64,000 bases of DNA from an uncultured Bacteroidia bacterium (GCA_902781705.1 CACZKE010000010.1:31360-95359); one strand, 5' to 3'; counted from the first letter of the stretch, positions 27,107 through 38,000 are shown. A program made the numbers and translations. Notes: generated from the sequence alone by a model not told the origin.

Positions 27107-30100
27107 ATGTACAAGATCTCGGAGCATCCGATTCTGGACATCCCGCAGGAAGACCTGCACGCATTTCAATTCGAAGGGAAGACCGTTTACGGCCAGAAAG
27201 GCCAGACCATCGCCGCCGCGCTGCATCAGGCCGGATTTCCCGTCCATCACCATAGTCTGAAAGACCGCAACCGCACGATGGAGTGCGGCATCGGCAAATG
27301 CGGCGCCTGCGAAATGATCGTGGACGGCCACATCCGCCGGATCTGCATCACCAAGGTGGACGGCGTAAAGGAGGTACACCGCACCGGGGAAGACAGTTTC
27401 TACGACGTGGAATCCCCCTCGGCCACCGATGCGCCTAAGAAAGTCTACAAGACCACGGTCGCCATTATCGGCGCGGGCCCGGCCGGCCTCGCCGTGCGGG
27501 AGGAACTCCGGAAAGCCGGGGTGGACAACCTCGTAATTGATAACAACAGCGCCATCGGCGGGCAGTTCCGGATGCAGACGCACCAGTTCTTCTTCTTCGA
27601 GAAGGAGAAGAAGTTCGGCGGCATGCGGGGATTCGACATCGCCGAGACCCTCGCCGGGGACTCCCGGGAAGGCATCCTGCTGGACAGCGTGGTCTGGGAT
27701 ATCCTGGAAGGGAAGCGTCTGGCAGTCAAGAATGTAGCCACCCAGGAGATCTTCTATGTCGATGCCGACCAACTCGTCGTCGCCGCCGGCGCCCTGCCCT
27801 TCATGCCGGCCTTCAAGAATGACGACCTGCCCGGCGTCTATACCGCCGCCGTCGTGCAGCGGATGATGAACACGGAGTTCACCCTCCTCGGAAAGAACAT
27901 CCTCACGGTGGGTGCCGGCAACATCGGCTATCTCACCTCCTACCAGGCGATGCAGGCCGGGGCCAAGGTCAAGGCCATCATCGAGGCCATGCCCCACGAA
28001 GGCGGTTTCCCCGTCCAGGCGAACCGCGTCCGCCGGCTCGGCATCCCGATCCTGACCGCCTATACCCTCGTGGAAGCCATTCCCAACGAGGACCGCAGCG
28101 GCGTTGTGGGCGCCATCATCGCGAAGTGCGAGAACTTCAAACCCATCCCGGGAACGGAAGTGCGCATCGACGGGATCGACTGCATCAACATCTGCACGGG
28201 CCTCCTGCCGGACAACCAACTGCTCCGCAAGGGCGCCGAGGTCTTCGGCCGCGCCTGCCACGGCGTGGGCGACGCCGTCCGGATCGGCGAGGGTACCTCT
28301 GCCGTCCTCCGGGGCCGCCAATGCGCTTACGAGGTGATGCAAGACTTGGGCAAGCGGATCGACTACAACGCCTATCTCACAATCTCCAAGGAGTATATCG
28401 ACTCCCAGCAGCGCCCGGTGCGCCTGCTGGACGAACCCCGGAAGCCCAGCCCGGAGCGCCAGGCCGGCAAGGGATTCGTCATCGCCGACTGCCTGTACGG
28501 ATTCGCCTGCAACCCGTGCTCCTTCTCCTGCAAGCAGGGCGCCATCACCAAGAGTTCCACCTCCGTCACGCCGGTCATCGACTACGACAAGTGCATCGGC
28601 TGCATGGAGTGTGTCGCCCAGTGTCCGGGCCTGGCCATCTTCGGCTACCGGCCTGACCGTCAGCAGGTTTTCCTGCCGCTGGAATTCAATCTTCCGGTGG
28701 ATTCGACTGGCTCACCAACCGCCCGCGAGGTATTCCTGGTCGATGACAACGGCGCCAAGGTGGGCGAAGGCGTCATCGAACGCGTGATGAAAAAGCCCGG
28801 CAAGACGAATATCGCCGTCGTGAAGGCCACGAACCTCGCCGGCGAACTGACCGACGCCCATGGCTTCATCCTGAAGGAGGATTATCCCGAGCCGCTGCAA
28901 CTTACCCCCTGCAGTGCCGAGGCGGCGGCCGAAACCTATGTCTGCCACTGCGAGGACGTGAGTCTCAAGGACCTGCTGGAGACATTGAAGGGCCGCAAGT
29001 CCATCACCGCCCAGGAACTCAAGCACATCACCCGACTGGGCATGGGTCCTTGCCGCGGTTCCCGCTGCCTCCCCCGCGCCAAGCAGGTCCTCCGGGCCCA
29101 TGGCATCGAGGTCACGGGCGAGTTCACACCCCGCGGACCGATGGCGAATCTCGTGGAGATCGGCAACGTCGCGAACCTCTCCGGCAAAGCCGCCCTGGTC
29201 ACTTCCCCGCAGTTCTCGGAAGAAGCGGCCGTGGAAGTGGGTGCCTTCGTCGCCGGCGGCGGCATGGCCGGCACGGCCACGTTCCGCTACCTTGCCGAAG
29301 CCGGTCTCAAACCCGTCCTCGTGAACAAGGACCACGGCAGTTCCTGGCGCTGCATCGCCGGCGGACGCCCGGCTTTCTCAGTCCCCGCCCTCGCGGAGAT
29401 TGCCAATGGGAACCTGCAGATTTTCAGGGAGCTTACCGCAGAAGCCGACATCGACTTCAAGATGACCCGGTATGTGAACTTCGTCCATGACGAGGCCACT
29501 TACAAGAGCCTGGACGCTTCCCGCGCCTGGTCCGACGCCTACATGGTGGAGAAGAAGGACTTCGCCCGGGAGATTTCCCCGTACATCAATCCGGACCTGG
29601 ACATCTACTCCCACGCCCTCATCTCCAACGACTGCTGGCAGGCCAGCCCCGGCAAGACCATCGACCTGGTCCGGCAGAAGGGTATCCGTCTCGGCGGGAC
29701 CGTCCTGGAAGACACGGAGTTGGTGGACGTTGCCAAATCCGGTGATACTTACCTTGTTACGGTCAAACTCCCGAACGGGTGCTACCGCCGGTACAAGACC
29801 GCCGTCTTTGTCAATGCCCTCGGCGCCGGTGCGGAGAAGTTCGCGAAGATGCTGGGCCTCGACACCGGCCTCTTCCCGGTCCGTCACCAGGCGTTCATCA
29901 CGAAACGGCTGCCGCTCATCGGCAAGGACGGCGACTCGCTGGACATGCTCATCGACCGCCGCCACTACAAGGGCTTCTCCGCCGTCTATGGGCAGCAACT
30001 CGCCTCCACCGGCCAGATCATCGGCTGCGCCTCCCCCGCCTCGGATGCCTCAGAAGCCGGGAAGAACCTCAAGGTCAATACGCAGGCCTTCCTGGAAATC

Positions 30101-30361
30101 GCGACGGAAGTCTTTACCGAATGGATCCCGAAACTGAAGGGCATGTCCCTCCAGGCCACCTGGTGCGGTTACTATACGGAGCCGCGGTACATCGTGGACC
30201 CGGCCGCCGGCCTGTTCGTGGGCATGCGCGGCCACGGCTTCATGCTCTCGCAGTATATCGGCAAACTCTACGTGGACAGCCTCCTCGGCCGCCCCGTCCC
30301 CGCCTTCTTCGCCGACCTCGGCCTCGCCGGCTCCGGCCTGAGCGAGAACGCATTCAAATAG
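27107..30361 (+). CDS. Multidomain flavo-iron-sulfur oxidoreductase (2Fe-2S + pyridine-nucleotide-disulfide oxidoreductase + 4Fe-4S + BFD-like 2Fe-2S + DAO-type FAD oxidase)
   Basis: CGIGKCGACEMIVDGHIRRIC (Fer2_4-like). IIGAGPAGLA and VGAGNIGY Rossmann motifs. CIGCMECVAQCP (4Fe-4S). CHCEDV...GPCRGSRC (BFD-like). VAGGGMAGTA (DAO). Confidence 0.8.
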   Translation: MYKISEHPILDIPQEDLHAFQFEGKTVYGQKGQTIAAALHQAGFPVHHHSLKDRNRTMECGIGKCGACEMIVDGHIRRICITKVDGVKEVHRTGEDSFYDVESPSATDAPKKVYKTTVAIIGAGPAGLAVREELRKAGVDNLVIDNNSAIGGQFRMQTHQFFFFEKEKKFGGMRGFDIAETLAGDSREGILLDSVVWDILEGKRLAVKNVATQEIFYVDADQLVVAAGALPFMPAFKNDDLPGVYTAAVVQRMMNTEFTLLGKNILTVGAGNIGYLTSYQAMQAGAKVKAIIEAMPHEGGFPVQANRVRRLGIPILTAYTLVEAIPNEDRSGVVGAIIAKCENFKPIPGTEVRIDGIDCINICTGLLPDNQLLRKGAEVFGRACHGVGDAVRIGEGTSAVLRGRQCAYEVMQDLGKRIDYNAYLTISKEYIDSQQRPVRLLDEPRKPSPERQAGKGFVIADCLYGFACNPCSFSCKQGAITKSSTSVTPVIDYDKCIGCMECVAQCPGLAIFGYRPDRQQVFLPLEFNLPVDSTGSPTAREVFLVDDNGAKVGEGVIERVMKKPGKTNIAVVKATNLAGELTDAHGFILKEDYPEPLQLTPCSAEAAAETYVCHCEDVSLKDLLETLKGRKSITAQELKHITRLGMGPCRGSRCLPRAKQVLRAHGIEVTGEFTPRGPMANLVEIGNVANLSGKAALVTSPQFSEEAAVEVGAFVAGGGMAGTATFRYLAEAGLKPVLVNKDHGSSWRCIAGGRPAFSVPALAEIANGNLQIFRELTAEADIDFKMTRYVNFVHDEATYKSLDASRAWSDAYMVEKKDFAREISPYINPDLDIYSHALISNDCWQASPGKTIDLVRQKGIRLGGTVLEDTELVDVAKSGDTYLVTVKLPNGCYRRYKTAVFVNALGAGAEKFAKMLGLDTGLFPVRHQAFITKRLPLIGKDGDSLDMLIDRRHYKGFSAVYGQQLASTGQIIGCASPASDASEAGKNLKVNTQAFLEIATEVFTEWIPKLKGMSLQATWCGYYTEPRYIVDPAAGLFVGMRGHGFMLSQYIGKLYVDSLLGRPVPAFFADLGLAGSGLSENAFK

Positions 30362-30470
30362 CGTCCCGGCCAGTCAATTGACATTCAGCCACTTAAGTAA
30401 AATTCCCTGGTGCAAATGTACCAGGGAATATCATTTAAACAACTGATTGTCAGACAGATTAGCGGGACGC
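30361..30470. repeat. 110-bp long-palindrome element filling a convergent gene junction (copy 1)
   Basis: Outer arms GCGTCCCG / CGGGACGC. Core 10-bp hairpin ATTCCCTGGT-gcaaatgt-ACCAGGGAAT (30402-30429). Homologous to 55325-55434. Confidence 0.8.
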
Positions 30471-32615
30471 TCTCCGCTTCTTGCGCCGGGCCCGCGGGGG
30501 CATCGGGGCATCGGTGAGGGATTCGATGTATTCGTCCTCCGAAGGGGCGGGCTCGTTTTCATGCTCGGGTTCAACCAACTCGTAGTCAAGCAGTTTCTGC
30601 TCCAGGTTGGTACCCTTGACACGGATGCGGAGCGGGTCGCCGAGTTGGATGACCTTGTGATGACGACGGCCGACGGCGCGGTAGTGCTCCTCGTCGAAAT
30701 CGTAGAACTCGGACTTGATGGTGCGGTAGGGAATCATGCCCTCGATCTTCGTGGGCTCGATTTCCACGTAGATGCCCCACTGGGTGACGCCGGAGACGTG
30801 ACCGTCGAACTCCTGGCCCACCTTGTCCTCCATGAACTCCACGAGCTTGTACTTGATGCTCTCCCTTTCCGCCTCGGCGGCAACGACTTCCCGTTCGGAA
30901 GCGTGCTTGCACTGGGCCGAGTAGTAGTCCAGGGACTGGGACTCCGCTCCGGCGAGGTACATGGCGAGGAGCCGGTGGACCATCAGGTCCGGATAGCGGC
31001 GGATCGGGGAGGTGAAGTGCGTATAGAACTTGAAGGCCAGGCCGTAGTGGCCGATGTTGTCGGTGCTGTAGCAGGCCTTGGCCATGGAGCGGAGCGCGAG
31101 GATCTGGATGGCGCCGAGTTCCGGCTTGTCCTTCGCATCCACCATCAGGCCGTTCAGGGCGTCGGCGATATCCTTGCCGGAGCCGATGGGGCCCATCTTG
31201 TAGCCGAAGTTGCCGGCGAACTCGCGGAGGCCGGTAATCTTCTCCAGGTTCGGTTCGTCATGGACACGATAGACGAAGGTCTTGGGATTCTTGACCGCCT
31301 TCCCGCCCATCTTGCCGTCCGAGGCGACGAACTCGGCGACATTCTTGTTCGCCAGGAGCATGAACTCCTCGATGAGCCAGTTGGCCTCCTTGGAGTATTT
31401 CTGGTGGACGGACACGGGCTTGCCGTATTCGTCGATCTCCACCTTCATCTCGGGACGCTCGAAATTCACGGCGCCGTTGGCGAAACGCTTCTTGCGCAGT
31501 TTCAGGGCTATCTTGTTGAGAATCAGTACGGCTTCCTTCACGTCATCCGGGACGATGCCGCACTCGGTGCCTTCGCCGAACTGCGTTTTCATCGCGTTGT
31601 CCCCGGCCTCGATGATGGCCTGGGCGCCTTCGTAGGCGAAGCGGTAGTCGGACTTGATGACGGTGCGGCCGAACCAGGGGTTGATGACCTTGGCCATGGG
31701 CGTCACCTCGAAGACGGCGGAGAAGGTGAGTTTCTCTTCGTTCGGACGGAGGGAGCACAACTTATTGGAGAGTTTCTCCGGCAGCATGGGCACGGTCCGG
31801 TCCACCAGATAGACGGATGTTCCGCGGGCCTGGGCCTCCACGTCCACCGGCGTTCCCGGCTTGACATAGTAGGAGACGTCGGCAATATGGACACCCACCT
31901 CGTAGTTGCCGTTGTCCAGTTTCCGGAAAGACAGGGCGTCGTCGAAGTCCTTGGCGTCGGCCGGGTCGATGGTGAAGGTGAGGACCTTCCGGAAATCCCT
32001 GCGGCCAGCGCGGTCCTTGTCGGTGATTTCCTCGGAAATCCCGTCGGCAGCGTTCTCCACGGCCTTTTCGAACTTGTACGGGAGGCCGAACTCGGCGAGG
32101 ATGGCGTGCATCTCGGTGTTGTTCTCGCCCGGCATGCCCAGCACGTCCACGACGTGTCCATGGGGACCGCTCTCACCGCGCTCCCACCCGTCCACGACGG
32201 CGGCGACTTTCATTCCGCGCACGCCCCCTTCCGGGATGGGCACGGAAATATCGTAAGGCATGGTCTTGGAGGACATGAGCACCCAGGCGCGTTGTCCGAC
32301 GATATGGAGGATGCCCACGAAGGGCTTCTTGGAACGCTCCACGATGGCGATGATCTCGCCACTGCGACGCTTGGCGGCGCCTTCCTTCTCCTGGGTGACG
32401 GCAACGCGGACCGTATCGCCATGCAGGGCACCACGCGTCTTGGACGCCTTCACGTACACGTCTTCTTCCTGTCCCTCGATCCTGACGAACACGAACCCTT
32501 CGCGGGACATCATCACCGTTCCCTCGTACTCGGGAACGATCCTCACTTTCTTCTTCTTTCTTCCGCCGCCGGCCTCGGAGCCGCGGCTTCGTCCGCTGTT
32601 TTTCCTTCTGGACAT
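30459..32615 (-). CDS. rnr: Ribonuclease R
   Basis: 718 aa. Basic N- and C-terminal tails, an RNB catalytic core and a C-terminal S1-like domain. Confidence 0.9.
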   Translation of the reverse strand: MSRRKNSGRSRGSEAGGGRKKKKVRIVPEYEGTVMMSREGFVFVRIEGQEEDVYVKASKTRGALHGDTVRVAVTQEKEGAAKRRSGEIIAIVERSKKPFVGILHIVGQRAWVLMSSKTMPYDISVPIPEGGVRGMKVAAVVDGWERGESGPHGHVVDVLGMPGENNTEMHAILAEFGLPYKFEKAVENAADGISEEITDKDRAGRRDFRKVLTFTIDPADAKDFDDALSFRKLDNGNYEVGVHIADVSYYVKPGTPVDVEAQARGTSVYLVDRTVPMLPEKLSNKLCSLRPNEEKLTFSAVFEVTPMAKVINPWFGRTVIKSDYRFAYEGAQAIIEAGDNAMKTQFGEGTECGIVPDDVKEAVLILNKIALKLRKKRFANGAVNFERPEMKVEIDEYGKPVSVHQKYSKEANWLIEEFMLLANKNVAEFVASDGKMGGKAVKNPKTFVYRVHDEPNLEKITGLREFAGNFGYKMGPIGSGKDIADALNGLMVDAKDKPELGAIQILALRSMAKACYSTDNIGHYGLAFKFYTHFTSPIRRYPDLMVHRLLAMYLAGAESQSLDYYSAQCKHASEREVVAAEAERESIKYKLVEFMEDKVGQEFDGHVSGVTQWGIYVEIEPTKIEGMIPYRTIKSEFYDFDEEHYRAVGRRHHKVIQLGDPLRIRVKGTNLEQKLLDYELVEPEHENEPAPSEDEYIESLTDAPMPPRARRKKRRASR

Positions 32616-32637
32616 ACCTTTACGTTATTATCTGATG

Positions 32638-32645
32638 CAAAGATA
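32638..32645 (-). promoter_or_regulatory. -7 box (TATCTTTG) for rnr
   Basis: Reverse complement TATCTTTG, 22 nt upstream of ATG 32615. Confidence 0.45.
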
Positions 32646-32675
32646 CTAAAAAACACGCATATCGATTATTTTCAT

Positions 32676-32683
32676 TAAATTTG
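32676..32683 (+). promoter_or_regulatory. -7 box (TAAATTTG) for the GH3-GH2-GH92 operon
   Basis: TAnnTTTG match, 19 nt upstream of ATG 32703. Confidence 0.5.
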
Positions 32684-32702
32684 TAGGATAGACAATAACA
32701 CG

Positions 32703-35012
32703 ATGAAACTGCATACCCTCGCCCTGTGTTCCCTGGCCGCCGCCGCTTTACTGACGGCCTGCGGCCCGAAAACCCCTGTGTATAAAGATGCAAACCGCCC
32801 TGCGGAAGAGCGGGCGGACGACCTCATCAAGCGGATGACGGTGGATGAGAAACTGGGACAACTGCTGTGCCCGCTGGGATGGCCGATGTATGAGAAAGTG
32901 TCGGCCGACAGCGTAACCATCTCCGACAAATACCGCGATTTCATCCAAAACCAGCACGGAGGTATGCTCTGGGCCGTGTTCCGCGCAGACCCGTGGACCC
33001 GGAAGACGCTGGAAAACGGACTGGATCCGACGCTCTCCGCAAAGGCATACAACGCCCTGCAGCGCTATGCGATGGACTCTACCCGGCTGGGGATCCCCAT
33101 CATCCTCGCTGAAGAGGCGCCACACGGGCACATGGCCATCGGAACGACGGTGTTTCCCACCTCAATCGGCCTGGCATCGACCTGGGACACGGAACTGGTG
33201 GAGAAGGTGGGCGAAACCATCGGCACGGAACTGCAGGCGCAGGGAGCGACGATCGGGTACGGCCCGGTCATCGACCTGTCCCGCGAACCGCGCTGGTCCC
33301 GCGTGGAGGAGACCTACGGCGAGGATGTGCACCTGACTTCGCAGATGGCATCCGCCATGGTGCGGGGCACTTCCTCCCAGGGCGTGATCTCCACCCTCAA
33401 GCACTTCGTCGCCTACGGGGTTCCGGAGGGCGGCCATAACGGCAACCCGTCCATCATCGGGATGCGCGACCTGAAGGAGAATGTCCTGCCCACTTTCAAG
33501 GCCGCCATCGACGCGGGTGCCCTTTCAGTCATGACCTCTTACAACTCCCTGGACGGCATCCCGACCACCTGCAACAAAGAACTCCTGACCAGCGTCCTGC
33601 ACGACGAGTGGAACTTCAAAGGATTCGTAGTCAGCGACTTGGAGAGCATCGACGGCATTGCCCGGGACCACAGGGTCGCCGCATCCAAGCAGGAAGCGGG
33701 CGAATTGTCGCTGGAAGCCGGCGTGGACGTGGACCTCGGTGCGAACTGTTTCTCCCTGCTCCGGGAATCCGTAGAAAGCGGCCGCGTGAGCATGAAGACG
33801 CTGGACCAGGCCGTGAAGCGCGTACTCCTCCGCAAGTTCGAAGCCGGGCTCTTCGACAACCCCTATGTCGATGAATCCGCTGCGGCGGGCCTGGTCCGCA
33901 CGCCGGAGCACATCGAAGTGGCCGCCCAGGCCGCCCGGGAAGGGGTGGTCCTGCTGGAGAACAACGGCATCCTGCCGCTGTCGAAGGGCGCCCGCATCGC
34001 CCTCATCGGCCCGAATGCGGACAACCAGTACAACCAGCTCGGCGACTACACCGCCCCGCAGGCGGAGGACCACGTGGTCACGATGCTTGAGGGCCTGCAG
34101 GCCAAGGGGGCCGATGTCCGCTATGTCAAGGGCTGCGCCGTCCGCGACACCCGGGACAGCCAGATTGCCCAGGCGGTCATTGCGACGATGCTCTCGGATG
34201 TGGCCGTCGTCGTGGTCGGAGGCTCTTCCGCCCGCGATTTCAAGACCAAGTACATCGACACCGGCGCGGCCGTAGTGGACGAAAAGTCCGTCTCCGACAT
34301 GGAGGCCGGCGAAGGCTTCGACCGCGCCTCGTTGGACCTCCTGGGCCTGCAGAATGAGCTCCTGAGGGCCGTCAAGGCCACCGGCAAGCCAGTCGTCGTC
34401 GTATATGTGGAAGGCCGTCCGCTGGACAAGAACTGGGCCTCGGAGAAGACTGACGCCCTCCTCACGATGTGGTACCCCGGCGGCGAAGGCGGCACGGCCC
34501 TCGCCGACGTCCTCTTCGGCGATTACAACCCGGCCGGACGCCTCCCCGTGAGCGTTCCCCGGAGCGCGGGCCAGCTCCCGGTCTATTACAACAAGAAGAA
34601 TCCCCGCGGCCATGACTATGTGGAAATGTCCGCCAATCCCCTCTATCCCTTCGGATACGGCTTGAGTTACACGACCTTCGAGTACTCCGGGCTCACGGTT
34701 TCGGGCTCCGTTCCGAATATCGAAGTGACGGTCCAGGTGAAGAATACCGGTTCCCGCGACGGCGACGAGGTAGTCCAGCTGTATGTCATCGACCCGCTGG
34801 CCTCCACCGTCCGACCCCGAAAGCAGCTCCGCGCCTTCGACCGCGTATCCGTCAAGGCCGGTGAAACCGTACCGGTCACCCTGAAACTCGGTCCCGAGGC
34901 CTTCTCGCTGGTGAACGCCGCTGGCGACACCGTCATCGAACGCGGCGACTTCATCCTGGAAGTGGGCGCTTCTTCGCAGGACATTCGTTTGAAAGAAACC
35001 ATAACATACTGA
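32703..35012 (+). CDS. Glycoside hydrolase family 3 (BglX-like beta-glucosidase)
   Basis: Lipoprotein signal (LLTACG), KHFVAYG and GFVVSDLESIDG motifs, C-terminal FnIII-like domain. 769 aa. Confidence 0.9.
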   Translation: MKLHTLALCSLAAAALLTACGPKTPVYKDANRPAEERADDLIKRMTVDEKLGQLLCPLGWPMYEKVSADSVTISDKYRDFIQNQHGGMLWAVFRADPWTRKTLENGLDPTLSAKAYNALQRYAMDSTRLGIPIILAEEAPHGHMAIGTTVFPTSIGLASTWDTELVEKVGETIGTELQAQGATIGYGPVIDLSREPRWSRVEETYGEDVHLTSQMASAMVRGTSSQGVISTLKHFVAYGVPEGGHNGNPSIIGMRDLKENVLPTFKAAIDAGALSVMTSYNSLDGIPTTCNKELLTSVLHDEWNFKGFVVSDLESIDGIARDHRVAASKQEAGELSLEAGVDVDLGANCFSLLRESVESGRVSMKTLDQAVKRVLLRKFEAGLFDNPYVDESAAAGLVRTPEHIEVAAQAAREGVVLLENNGILPLSKGARIALIGPNADNQYNQLGDYTAPQAEDHVVTMLEGLQAKGADVRYVKGCAVRDTRDSQIAQAVIATMLSDVAVVVVGGSSARDFKTKYIDTGAAVVDEKSVSDMEAGEGFDRASLDLLGLQNELLRAVKATGKPVVVVYVEGRPLDKNWASEKTDALLTMWYPGGEGGTALADVLFGDYNPAGRLPVSVPRSAGQLPVYYNKKNPRGHDYVEMSANPLYPFGYGLSYTTFEYSGLTVSGSVPNIEVTVQVKNTGSRDGDEVVQLYVIDPLASTVRPRKQLRAFDRVSVKAGETVPVTLKLGPEAFSLVNAAGDTVIERGDFILEVGASSQDIRLKETITY

Positions 35013-35014
35013 AT

Positions 35015-38000
35015 ATGAGAATTTTTCCGATATTTTTAGGCCTCACTCTTTCCGCCGCGGCCTCCGCCCAGACCCTGCCCTACTGGCAGGACATGAATGT
35101 CACCTCCGTGAATGCGGAGACGCAGCGGACCGAAGCCGTCTGGTTCGCCGACCGGGCCGATGCGCTCACAAAGGGATTCCGCGAGAGCGAGAACTACGTG
35201 AATCTGAACGGGACGTGGGATTTCAAGTATTTCGACGATTACCACGAGATGGAAAGATTTCTCGACTCCGCCTCCGGCTCCGCTCGAAATGACAGGACTT
35301 GGGACAAGATCACGGTGCCGGGCAACTGGGAGGTGCAGGGGCACGGTGTCGCCATCTACACCAACATTCCGTACGACTTCTGCCCGCGGGATCCGCAGCC
35401 GCCGGTGTTGCCGGAGGTGTTCCCCGCTGCCATCTACCACCGGACTTTCACCGTCCCGGAAGGATGGAATGGCCGTACGGTGTTCCTGAATCTCGCCGGC
35501 ATCAAGTCGGGTGCCTATGTGTATGTTAACGGAAAGGAGATCGGCTACTCGGAGGATTCCAAGAGTCTGGCCCGTTTTGACATCACAAGCGCCCTGAAAG
35601 ACGGAGACAACGACCTGACGCTCAAGGTGTACCGTTATTCTACCGGTTCCTGGCTGGAGTGCCAGGATTTCTGGCGCATCAGCGGCATCGAGCGGGACGT
35701 GTACCTCTCCTCCGAGAAGACGCCCGCCCGGTTCGACTTCAGCGTGATCTCCACCCTGGACCCTACCCTCACGAAAGGCGTATTCACCCTGAAAATGCGT
35801 TCCCAGAAACCGGTAGAGGTGTTTTACGAACTGCTGGACAAGGATGGCGAATGCGTCGCGGACGCCGTTTTCGAGTTCAGCGGCGAACTGGTTTCGGTGA
35901 CGGACACCATCCCGCAGGTACGGAAATGGACCGCCGAGACGCCGGAACTCTATACCCTCCTGCTCCGCGTAGGCGGGGAATACACCCGGTTCCATGTAGG
36001 ATTCCGCCGGATCGAGATCGCAACCGTGAAGGACGGTGACCGCGATGTGAAGGCCCTCCTCGTGAACGGGCAGCCGGTCAAGTTCAAGGGCGTGAACATG
36101 CACGAGCACAACCCCTACACCGGCCACTACCTGACGAAGGAGAACATCCTGCAGGACCTCCAACTCATGAAGATGGCCAATATCAACGCCATCCGCACCT
36201 GCCACTATCCCCAGCCGCGGGAATTCTACGAACTGTGCGACAGCCTGGGCTTCTATGTCTATGACGAGGCGAACATCGAATCCCACGGCATGGGCTACAA
36301 ACTGGACCGCACTCTCGGGAACAATGCCGCCTGGTACGGGAAGCACATCGACCGGATCCTGAACATGTACTACCGGACGTCCAACTATCCGTGCGTCACG
36401 ATCCTCTCCCTCGGGAACGAGGCCGGCAACGGCGTCAATTTCTACGAGGCCTATCGCGTCCTGAAAGCCCTCGAAAAGGACGGCCAGAACCGTCCGGTAT
36501 GCTACGAACGCGCTGAGCGCGAGTGGAATACCGACATGCTTGTACCGCAGTATCCCGGTGCCGACTGGTTCGCCCGGATGGGCGAGAAGGAGTCCGGCCG
36601 CCCGGTCTGTCCGTCCGAATATGCCCACGCGATGGGCAATTCCACCGGTTCGCTGGACCTCCAGTGGGAGCAGATCTATGCCCATACGCACCTGCAGGGC
36701 GCCTTCATCTGGGACTGGGTGGACCAGGGCCTGTATGACGCCGAGAAGGGATGGACCTATGGCGGCGACTACGGCGTGGACGCCCCGTCCGACGCGAACT
36801 TCCTGTGCAACGGCATCGTGAATCCGGACCGCACCCCGCACCCGGGATATTATGAGGTCAAGCACGTGTACCAGGACATCGCCATCACCGGCACCGCCCC
36901 GGAGGAAGGCCGGTTCTCCATCCAGAACCGTTTCTATTTCAAGGATTTGAAGGATTATATCGTCCACTGGCGGATTGAAAGGGACGGCAAAACCGTGAAG
37001 AAGGGCAAACTTTCCTTCTCCACCCCGGCCCAGTCGTCCGAGGAATTCTCCGTCAAACTGCCCAAGTGGAAGATGCGCAAAGACGGTGAATACCGGATCT
37101 TCTTCGAGACCGCGACCGCCCAGGCCCTGCCTCTCCTTCCCACCGGTACGATCATTGCCGCCGATGAGGTCCTCCTGAAGGATACCGGAGCGAAGAAGGA
37201 ATACGGAGCCTCCCGGCGGGACATCGAAGCCGTGGAAGGCGATGCCGAAATCTGCCTTTCCGCCGGACGGAGCGAATTGGTTTTCGACAAGACCCAGGGA
37301 TTCGTGAAGCGCTATGCCTACAAGGGGGCCGATGTCTTCGACCCGGACTTCGGCCTGCGCCCGAATTTCTGGCGCGGTCCCACCGACAACGACTACGGCA
37401 ACGGACTTCCCTCCCGGCTCTACGCCTGGAAGGAAGCCTCCCGGACTTTTCACGCCACGACGACTGTGGAAGGCGGTACCGTCCGTGCCACCTATACCCT
37501 GCCGGACAAATGCACGATGACGGTTTCCTACACGCTCCTGCCGAGCGGTCTGCTCCGGATCGAATCGGCCTTCCAGGGCGCCGAGAGCAAGAAGCCGTTG
37601 GACATTCCCCGCATCGGATTCCGTTTCCGCGTTCCGGAAAACGACTTCCGGTACTTCGGCCGCGGTCCGGTGGAGAACTACATCGACCGCAACAGCGGCA
37701 CATTCAAGTCCCTGTTCACCACGACGGCCGCCGCGGAGTTTTATCCGTATGTCCGGCCGCAGGAGACCGGCCACCACACGGAGACCGAATGGATTGCCAC
37801 GAAACACCTGACGGTCGTCGCCGACGACACCTTCGAGTTCAACGCCCTGCGCCACAGCGTCGAGGACCTGGACAGCGAAGAGTCCGGCCGTCCCTACCAG
37901 TGGAACAACTTCGACACTCCGCCTGTCCATGACGAAGAACTGGCCGCGAAGACCCACATGCGCCGTCAGACGCACCTCTGCGACGTCCCGGACCGGGATT

